Source of the DNA: an archaeon
GTDB taxonomy: Archaea > Asgardarchaeota > Thorarchaeia > Thorarchaeales > Thorarchaeaceae
NCBI GenBank assembly: GCA_024275415.1
Contig: JAJRZD010000033.1
Coordinates: forward strand, 30,001-62,000
DNA: 32,000 nt
Reading direction: 5' to 3'
Within the stretch, counting starts at the first letter, position 1, and each line of letters begins with the position of its first letter. Below are positions 9,682 to 16,818 of this stretch, piece by piece. The notes below the pieces were generated by a model. That model did no database searches. It was given only the letters and a program-made list of their open reading frames with translations, and was not told the origin of the DNA. A program made the translations under genes and the position numbers.

Positions 9682-10533
9682 ATGCTTGTCGGGGAGAAAT
9701 CAAAATTGTCGATTGATGAAACCAAGGTTCGTTATATATCTCTCATCCGTAGAGAGGGTGGTGAATCACTCGTCAATATCCCCTATGCAGAACTGACCGT
9801 GGATCCCGATCTGATAGCTGGCTTTGTCACTGCTGTCTTTATTTTCGCAGAAACACCAATCCGCACCATCAGAAAGGCTGCCTATGACATCCTGATTGAG
9901 GTCGGTGACAAGACCCTGCTTCTGCTGGTGGTTGACCCAATCCCTGACGAAGCTCCTTACAGGGCAAAGATGAAGAAGATACTCAAATGGGTCGAAGAGG
10001 AACACCTCCAGAAACTACGTAATTTTGAAGGTGATGTCCGTCTGTTCCGAGAGGTAGCGCTCAAGATATTGACCGAGTATCCCTATTCCCAGCCGGATCT
10101 TGACCTTGTCCCAGTGCGCAGGCAGAATGGCATACCGATTCCCTACCGGGTAGGGATTATCGACCACAAGCTTGAGAAGCTTGAGACCTTCATAAATGGC
10201 AAACGTACTGTCGCTGAAATTCTTGACCTGATTGGATATGATGAACAAGAAGCAACCGCATTAATCTCAGTGCTAGAGAAATACTGCTGGATCGAATACA
10301 AGCGTCGGCTAAGTGAAAAGGATTCCTTAGTGCGTAGCGACTGCTCGAAATTCGCTGTCGAGCGTTTGAAGCAGCAATATGGTATGCCATTAGAAGAGAT
10401 GCTGAAAAAGTTTGAGGAGCCCACCCCCATCAATGATGTCTTGGACTCGCTTGCTCTCGATAGGAATGCAGCGTGGTTTCTAGTGAACAAACTGCTCGAA
10501 CTTGGATGCTTGAAGACACTTCACTCGGTCTGA
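9682..10533 (+). CDS. longin-like + tandem winged-helix protein (NPRL2/NPRL3-like), paralog B
   Basis: Collinear with the upstream gene: YISLIRREGGE..IPY...VDPDLIAGFV...EGDVRLFREVALKIL.EYPYS..DL.LVPV...FINGKRTVAEI...LLELGCLK. Confidence 0.65.
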   Translation: MLVGEKSKLSIDETKVRYISLIRREGGESLVNIPYAELTVDPDLIAGFVTAVFIFAETPIRTIRKAAYDILIEVGDKTLLLLVVDPIPDEAPYRAKMKKILKWVEEEHLQKLRNFEGDVRLFREVALKILTEYPYSQPDLDLVPVRRQNGIPIPYRVGIIDHKLEKLETFINGKRTVAEILDLIGYDEQEATALISVLEKYCWIEYKRRLSEKDSLVRSDCSKFAVERLKQQYGMPLEEMLKKFEEPTPINDVLDSLALDRNAAWFLVNKLLELGCLKTLHSV

Positions 10534-11354
10534 TGTATTAACGCATCGTCACCTGGGATGCCAACAACATCACTCCTACATTGTTTACAATGTGCGAACT
10601 GCCGTACGTACTTTGACGCTACTTTTCTTGCATTAGCAATCTGTCCCTGTGACGGACGGTCGTATTGTTTCATTGCGCCTCGGGGTACAAGTGGCATTAT
10701 GTTATGCAATGATGCACCATGCGCTGCGACGGTCTGTGCAATGGCGTCTATCTCTTTATCATTCATGCCCGGGATTAAAATCGTATTCACTTTCACCGGT
10801 ATCCCTAGATTGGATGCTTTCCGGAGTCCTTTGAGTTGACGGTCGATGATAAGTTCCCCAATCTCAGCGCCTCTCAGGAATTCATCATGAAGGAATACCT
10901 GTCGATATATGCTGGTAGCAACCATTGGACTTGTCGTATTAATGGACACCGAGATCGCATCCACTCCCAACTGAACCAGATCACCTACCCTCTCAGCGAG
11001 TAGTATCCCGTTTGTGCTAATACATATACGCAAGTCCAGCTCTTCAGTTTGCACCCGATCCATAAGCTGGTAAGTCTGTTCGTTGAAAAGTGGTTCTCCA
11101 GGTCCTGATATCCCAAGGATGTGCAGGTTGGGCCTTAGCTGGTACTCCTTCGTCAGGACTGTCCATGCTTCAGACACTGAGAGGGACCTAGAGCAGCTTC
11201 CAGGGCCAAATCCGTGACATGATGAAGTACTGTTGTCGCAATATGCACAGCGAAGGTTGCATTGTGGAGCGACTGGAAGATGAATCCTTTCCCACAGGTT
11301 CTTTCGGGTGTGTGACCAACACGGGTGATGACAATACGGGAACGCACTCGGCAT
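10521..11354 (-). CDS. NifB-like radical SAM protein (single-domain archaeal type, no NifX-like domain)
   Basis: HPC, RIHLPVAPQCNLRCAYC, SGPGEPL, CISTNG, KVNTILIPGMND, HNIMPLVP and CKQCRSD are collinear with methanogen-type NifB. Confidence 0.85.
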   Translation of the reverse strand: MPSAFPYCHHPCWSHTRKNLWERIHLPVAPQCNLRCAYCDNSTSSCHGFGPGSCSRSLSVSEAWTVLTKEYQLRPNLHILGISGPGEPLFNEQTYQLMDRVQTEELDLRICISTNGILLAERVGDLVQLGVDAISVSINTTSPMVATSIYRQVFLHDEFLRGAEIGELIIDRQLKGLRKASNLGIPVKVNTILIPGMNDKEIDAIAQTVAAHGASLHNIMPLVPRGAMKQYDRPSQGQIANARKVASKYVRQFAHCKQCRSDVVGIPGDDALIHQTE

Positions 11355-11366
11355 CTTCGTGGGTTC

Positions 11367-11759
11367 CTAGAGAAGGTTGGCGATGATGTCAGCAGCCTTT
11401 CTTGCGCACTGCTTGGCATCATTGAATATGAGCCCGAGTTTTGCATTATCCGGAGCTGTGATAGTTAACAGATATCCATTGGGAATAGAGATTGTCAATG
11501 TGGTGCCCCGTGTGCCTTGGATGATGATTGCCTTGAGGTCACCCTGTCGTAACTCCTTCACGGTCTGCTCACCGACTGCTTGTATGCTAGCCACCATGGC
11601 AGCCACCGAGACCTCTTCGACTCCTGAGATGAAATGACTGACAAAAGGAAGTCCTTCAACTGAAAAGATGGCAGCACCAAGGATGGGTGATTTGTGGTTC
11701 AAATCCACCAACAACTCTTTGAGGAGTTTCATCCCTTCATTCATGGTTTCTTGGTTCAT
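11367..11759 (-). CDS. Roadblock/LC7 (MglB/LAMTOR2-like) domain protein
   Basis: ILGAAIFSVEGLPFVSH...VAAMVASIQAVGEQTVKELRQGDLKAIIIQGTRG...LLTI..PDNAKLGLIF is the classic Roadblock pattern. Confidence 0.9.
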   Translation of the reverse strand: MNQETMNEGMKLLKELLVDLNHKSPILGAAIFSVEGLPFVSHFISGVEEVSVAAMVASIQAVGEQTVKELRQGDLKAIIIQGTRGTTLTISIPNGYLLTITAPDNAKLGLIFNDAKQCARKAADIIANLL

Positions 11760-11825
11760 TCCTGTCTTCCCCTGTCGTCATCACGAGAAGAAGATGCCGT
11801 ATATAATAGTACCGCGAAGACATTC

Positions 11826-12815
11826 TTACTCGATAAGGCGCACCGAGGTCACGGTATCACTGTGCAACCGATTGGTGGGAAGCTTCATCACCCTCAAGAC
11901 CGAGTCGGCTTCCTTCTCAAGTCCCTGCTCTTTCAGCATACCTACGAACTCGAAACCCGTGGAGATAGCGACCCCTTTCAGCGGTTTCCCCTTCTGACAT
12001 GATGCAATGAGATCCTCGGCTGTGATAAGACTACATCTAAGGCGATCACCAACGTGCTTTTTCAAGTGCATGATGCCTTTTCGCGCTATCCCTCTGTTCT
12101 CCTTTTGCTCCTCAGTGAATGTAGGTCTCTTGGTGATCCTTTCTAGAATGGGGATACCGTCTTTTACCAGCTCCTCCGAGTCTAACGTATCGGAGTACAA
12201 GCTCCTTACACTTTTCGTACTAGTCGTTATCAGCCATGCTGTCCTATACGCCTTCTGATACCTCATGGCCTTCAGCAATTCTGACTGGCTGAGAAGAGTT
12301 ATTGAGCGGTAGCCTTTGTATTCGACTGAGATTGTCCAGTTAGGGGTCTTGTGTTTCACCATCAAGTCTGGAGTTAGCCCTTCTCCTGTCGTGGGAACGC
12401 TTGTTTCCACATCTGGGAAGTAGCTCATGACAAGTGCCATGAATGCTTCATGGAACATGTTATGTCTGAGATTCCTTGCCTCTTGTGGATGTTTCAGTCC
12501 TGCATCACGATACAGGACAGGCATCTCCACCTTTTGTCCCGTTCGCTTTTTCACCTCGTTCTTTGTGGTCAATCTACCCCTGCGGTGGTTCTCTTGGATA
12601 AGCCGGATTGCAGCCTCATACCCTACCAGTCTGAATATAGTCCTTCCAAGGGTCTTTGTGGACGAACCTTGCCGTTTTGCTTCTTCTTCTGCCCAGTCGA
12701 CCACTTCCTGAGCGTCCTTGCCCAAGAGGTGGATGATCGAAGCCATCTTGTCATGTAATCCATATCGCTTGATGTGATTGCGCAACGGCGTGGGGTATTT
12801 CACTTTTCGTGCCAA
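11826..12815 (-). CDS. hypothetical protein with restriction-endonuclease-like PD-(D/E)XK motif
   Basis: FHE...GLTPDLMVK...ISVEYKGY (E...PD...ExK). TTG start with GAGGAG 5 nt upstream. Confidence 0.6.
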   Translation of the reverse strand: MARKVKYPTPLRNHIKRYGLHDKMASIIHLLGKDAQEVVDWAEEEAKRQGSSTKTLGRTIFRLVGYEAAIRLIQENHRRGRLTTKNEVKKRTGQKVEMPVLYRDAGLKHPQEARNLRHNMFHEAFMALVMSYFPDVETSVPTTGEGLTPDLMVKHKTPNWTISVEYKGYRSITLLSQSELLKAMRYQKAYRTAWLITTSTKSVRSLYSDTLDSEELVKDGIPILERITKRPTFTEEQKENRGIARKGIMHLKKHVGDRLRCSLITAEDLIASCQKGKPLKGVAISTGFEFVGMLKEQGLEKEADSVLRVMKLPTNRLHSDTVTSVRLIE

Positions 12816-12856
12816 ATTATCTCCTCGGTTGTACGCCTATTATGGCGTAGCGCTGT

Positions 12857-13570
12857 TCAAAGGATTTCCTTGGTTAACTTAACCTCTTGGGTATCTTCAT
12901 CGTACGAAACAAGGTCGGCATTCCTCAAGTCATGGACTGCTTTGATGATTGCAGCAGGCATGATTCCTGTGCTCGATTCCAAGTTCTTTCTGCTAATTGC
13001 AGCCTTCGTATCATGAAGGGTGTACAGGATCCTTGCGTGAGGCTTTCCACCGAATATGTTCTCGATGAGCGTGATATAGATTGCAAGCAAGTCGCTGACA
13101 TCGACCTTTTGTTCCATCTTTGCTTTCTCGGCGGATGCTTCCCTGTAGAGTGCGGACACACGTTCCAGTTGGGCATTTATCTGGTCCATCTCTGCCTTCA
13201 GCTCGTCCCGTTCTTTTCTGATGGCCTCCACTGCTTCGTCCTTCTCTGATGCGATAGTTGCCGCCTCGTTTCGGATGCGTTCAAGCTCGGCCTTGACCTT
13301 ATCAAATTCTGAATTGGTTTCGTCAAGCTTCGTCTGGATTTCTTGAACCTGCTGCTCAAGCTCGCTGATCCGCTTTTCCTTGGTTGAGATCTCCTCATCC
13401 TTCTTCTTTAATTTCTCATCGGCAGCCCAAGCCTTCTCTTCCGCCTCACGACGCGCATCCCTGAGCTTGTCGCCTTAAGAGTTGAGTCTAGCGATCTCAT
13501 CGAGAAGATGAAGTGTCTTGTCCTTCAAATCCTCAAAGTTACTGATTATGCCATCTCTGTCTATGCTCAT
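12857..13570 (-). pseudogene. coiled-coil + C-terminal wHTH protein interrupted by one in-frame TAA (codon 32)
   Basis: ATG 13570 with AGGAGG upstream; translation MSIDRDGIISNFEDLKDKTLHLLDEIARLNS*GDKLRDARREAEEKAWAADEKLKKKDEEISTKEKRISELEQQ... continues in frame into ORF 12857..13231, ending in KPHARILYTLH...ISRKNLESSTGIMPAAIIKAVHDLRNADLVSYD (wHTH). The stop lies at 13475-13477. Confidence 0.75.
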
Positions 13571-13738
13571 GATAGCTCTCCTCCTGTTTTCGTGTGTCAC
13601 TAGTTCCTTAAATCAATTTCACTCTCCAAACCTTTGGTTTTCTTATCTGATGTCGTTTGTACACATATTTCAGGGCTCGCTCAAAGACAATCCGACGATT
13701 TGAGCGCTTCGAGTTCTCTCATAAAGTTCAAAGCATCT

Positions 13739-14656
13739 TTACGAGAACATGACATAGACTGCGGGCATCACAAAGTATCCGAACAGCAGCATGATGAGGA
13801 GCGCAACTGCGAGGAGTGCCCAGATTGCCCTGTTCCACTTGATGACGGTTCTTCCATCGAAGGGCTGGAAGGGTATCATGTTAAACAAACCAAGGAACGA
13901 GTTGAGTACAATTCCTCCTTGCAACACGAAGTAGACTGGGAGGATGAACGTTAGTCCGCTTAAAGGAATAGCAATGAAGATCATTGCAAACACGGCTGCG
14001 AAGACGAAATTGGACATCGGTCCTGCGAGATTGACCTTTCCGTCTTCGTCTATGGACTTTGCCCCGCTTGTGAAGACGGCTCCAGTCCCAAAGATTGGGA
14101 TTGCGAACAATATGGCTATTGCTGATAGATAGTATCCCTGCATGGTCATCCTGAACTCCGCCCACATCCCATAATGCTGTGCTGTGAACTTGTGTGCGAA
14201 CTCATGGACGAGATATGCAGCCAAGAATATCCCTATCGATGCTAGCGGAACCCATCCATAACCCACACTGAATAAATAGATAATGACTGCAATCGCGTCA
14301 ATAATCGGGATGGCCGAGTAGGCGCCGTACCTTGAATGCAACGCAATACTCACAAGGGTCACAAGCACGATGGAGATCATCAGGTCTTTCCTTTCTTGGG
14401 CTGAGAACCTGCGTTTTTTCGGTCGTTGTCTTCGTCTGTTGCGCACATCCCTTCTCCCATAATAGAATTCCTCTGTGGGCTCGTAGGAGTCAGACCCCAG
14501 CGATTCTGTAACACGTTGTTTCGCTTTTGCCTTCGCTAGGTGGATTCCTGGACAGCCGTGTCCTTCAGGCAATCGGTGATCCGCACAGTACACCCCATTA
14601 CAATACGGGCAGGTGAAGCAAAGGTCCTCAATTCCACAAAGCGAGCATCGTGCCAT
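13739..14656 (-). CDS. AN1-type zinc finger fused to site-2 protease (peptidase M50)
   Basis: N-terminal CSLC...CFTCPYCNGVYCADHRLPEGHGC (AN1). Membrane domain with HEFAH (HExxH), AGPMSN and FNMIPFQPFDG (NxxPxxxxDG). Start ATG 14656 or 14668. Confidence 0.88.
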   Translation of the reverse strand: MARCSLCGIEDLCFTCPYCNGVYCADHRLPEGHGCPGIHLAKAKAKQRVTESLGSDSYEPTEEFYYGRRDVRNRRRQRPKKRRFSAQERKDLMISIVLVTLVSIALHSRYGAYSAIPIIDAIAVIIYLFSVGYGWVPLASIGIFLAAYLVHEFAHKFTAQHYGMWAEFRMTMQGYYLSAIAILFAIPIFGTGAVFTSGAKSIDEDGKVNLAGPMSNFVFAAVFAMIFIAIPLSGLTFILPVYFVLQGGIVLNSFLGLFNMIPFQPFDGRTVIKWNRAIWALLAVALLIMLLFGYFVMPAVYVMFS

Positions 14657-14818
14657 CGTGATCACCATGAATCGTACGTTCTGACTTTGAAAAATGCAGC
14701 TTTATGCCCTGAAAAGGCTATTCCTAACGTCAGTAGATGACACTTTGTATAATGTGCTTTCTTAGTAACGCTTAAGTGAGCATCGAATTTTGAGCGCCTT
14801 GAAACACCTCTCTCCGAA

Positions 14819-16225
14819 GTGAAATTGATGGATTATGATGTTGCCATAGTCGGGAGTGGTCCTGCTGGAATTTTCTGTGCCCTTGAACTTCTAAAGCACA
14901 AGCCTGACCTGAAGGTAGTGATCATCGAGAAGGGCAAACGCATAGAATTGCGCAACTGTCCCAATTCCACCGCTGCAAGAGGCTGTGCGAAATGTAATCC
15001 CTGTGCGATACTTGCAGGCTGGGGTGGGGCTGGTGCCTTCTCAGACGGGAAACTCACAATATCCACTCAAGTCGGAGGTTGGCTGGATGATATCCTTGGA
15101 GAGCAGAAGCTCCTACAGCTCATCTACTACGTCGATACAATCTATCAACAGTATGGAGCGCCCCCCAAGATCTTTGGTGACAACGGCGATGCTATCGAAG
15201 AATACTCCCGGAAAGCAGCGCTGATCGGACTCGAGCTAATCCCACAAAAGGTACGTCATATGGGGCGCGAAGGCTGCATAGAAGTCATGGGAGGTATGTT
15301 CGATGAGATCCAAAAACATGCAGAAGTCCGTTTCAAGACTGAAGCCAAGGACATCCGTATTGAAGGCAACAGTGTCATCGGGGTAGAGGCCAGCAGAGGC
15401 TCATTCATCACTGCCAAGTATGTCGTGGCGGCTCCAGGCCGCGTGGGCAACAAGTGGCTGGCACATCAAGCTGGACGCCTCTCTATCCCCACAGAGAACA
15501 ACTATGTCGATATCGGGGTCAGGGTCGAGATCCCCGAACCTGTTATGGCGGACATTGCCCAGAAGCTGTACGAGCCAAAACTAGTCTATTATTCAAAACA
15601 ATTTGACGACAAGGTACGGGTCTTCTGCTTCAACCCCGGTGGGGTCGTGACCAGCGAATACTATGACGAGATTCTTACTGTGAACGGTCAATCTTTCGCC
15701 CAAAAGAAGACACCTAACACTAATTTCGCCCTCCTTGTTTCCACCAAGTTCACGGCACCATTCAACGCTCCCATATCCTACGGTCAGTCCATTGCCCACT
15801 TGGCAAACATGCTTGGTCATGGCGTGCTAGTACAGAGGCTTGCAGATCTCCGACGAGGAAAACGTAGTACAGCAGACAGGATTGCAAGGAGCCCTGTGAA
15901 GCCCACATTGCCAAGTGCTGCCCCCGGAGACCTCAGCTTCGCTCTTCCATATCGCCATCTGTCATCAATCCTAGAGATGATCGAGGCACTTGACAAGCTG
16001 TGCCCTGGTGTCGCAGATGATGGAACACTCCTGTACGGTGTTGAAGTCAAGTTCTACTCCTCACGTCTTAAGACAAATGACACTTTGGAAACCAGCATTG
16101 GGAATCTCTATGCAGCAGGCGACGGAGCTGGGGTCACGCGAGGTCTCATGCAGGCTTCAGTATCAGGCGTCGTCATTGCCCGGGACATCCTGCGAAAAGA
16201 AGGCGTTTCTGTCAACGTTGACTAA
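14819..16225 (+). CDS. NAD(P)/FAD-dependent oxidoreductase (COG2509-like) with Cys-rich insert
   Basis: IVGSGPAG dinucleotide-binding motif, CP...C..C.PC insert, GWGGAGAFSDGKL, VRVFCFNPGG, YGVEVKFYS and GDGAGVTRG. Confidence 0.88.
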   Translation: MKLMDYDVAIVGSGPAGIFCALELLKHKPDLKVVIIEKGKRIELRNCPNSTAARGCAKCNPCAILAGWGGAGAFSDGKLTISTQVGGWLDDILGEQKLLQLIYYVDTIYQQYGAPPKIFGDNGDAIEEYSRKAALIGLELIPQKVRHMGREGCIEVMGGMFDEIQKHAEVRFKTEAKDIRIEGNSVIGVEASRGSFITAKYVVAAPGRVGNKWLAHQAGRLSIPTENNYVDIGVRVEIPEPVMADIAQKLYEPKLVYYSKQFDDKVRVFCFNPGGVVTSEYYDEILTVNGQSFAQKKTPNTNFALLVSTKFTAPFNAPISYGQSIAHLANMLGHGVLVQRLADLRRGKRSTADRIARSPVKPTLPSAAPGDLSFALPYRHLSSILEMIEALDKLCPGVADDGTLLYGVEVKFYSSRLKTNDTLETSIGNLYAAGDGAGVTRGLMQASVSGVVIARDILRKEGVSVNVD

Positions 16226-16240
16226 AGTTTTCCTCTTCAC

Positions 16241-16293
16241 AAACCTTATATACCAAATGGTCACTAGTATCTAGTGTCCAACTGGTCACTAGT
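16241..16293 (+). promoter_or_regulatory. putative hsp20-cdc48 promoter (TATA-like TTATATA) with overlapping repeat/palindrome operator candidate
   Basis: AAACC-TTATATA at 16241-16252; CACTAG-N3-CTAGTG at 16262-16276; direct repeat TGGTCACTAGT at 16258 and 16283. Confidence 0.4.
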
Positions 16294-16379
16294 TGTGATG
16301 GGTTGGTATCGCACAGGAACGGGAGCCAACTCAGTGACTCCACGGGCGACCCTGTCGCCCAAGGCTCCCCAACAGGTGA

Positions 16380-16802
16380 ATGATTATGATAGATGACAAT
16401 TTCGATGAGATAGTGCGAAATATATTCGAGCAGTTCTTCGGAGGTGCGTTCCGACAGAACCCGCACATCCACATCAGTGGAACAATGCAAAATGACAATG
16501 TTACCCGAGGAGCAGAAAGAGCCGAAAGTAGGAATGTATTCGTTGATGTCATTGAATACGAGGATGACATCATCGTTGTCGTTGACACAAGGGAGCATAT
16601 AGAGAATCCAGAGGCACGTATCATGGAAGGGATTCTGGAACTTTGGCTCAACCCGAGCGTGACCAGGCCAATCCGGATAGAGTTGCCAACAACAGTGGAT
16701 ATAGACAAGTCGGAACTCTCCGTAACGAATGCAATCATAGAAATACGACTAGCGAAGAGCAAAGGCAAACAGAAAGAAGGTATTCTTGGAGTCACATACT
16801 GA
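16380..16802 (+). CDS. hsp20: small heat-shock protein (Hsp20/alpha-crystallin domain)
   Basis: VFVDVIEYEDDIIVVVD...IELPTTVDIDKSELSVTNAIIEIRLAK is a divergent alpha-crystallin pattern. AGGTGA immediately precedes the ATG; directly upstream of cdc48, a common archaeal arrangement. Confidence 0.7.
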   Translation: MIMIDDNFDEIVRNIFEQFFGGAFRQNPHIHISGTMQNDNVTRGAERAESRNVFVDVIEYEDDIIVVVDTREHIENPEARIMEGILELWLNPSVTRPIRIELPTTVDIDKSELSVTNAIIEIRLAKSKGKQKEGILGVTY

Positions 16803-16818
16803 TAAGGGGTGAGTAGTA

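Noticed and set aside
10521-11354. Evidence for nitrogen fixation
   Set aside because: A NifB-like gene alone, with altered motifs and no nifHDK/EN in view, does not support diazotrophy.
13475-13477. Programmed Pyl/Sec recoding of the internal stop
   Set aside because: The codon is TAA, which is not used for Pyl (TAG) or Sec (TGA).
16321-16370. tRNA or tRNA fragment in the GC-rich nested hairpin
   Set aside because: Only about 50 nt, no T-loop (TTCRA) or D-loop consensus and no cloverleaf.
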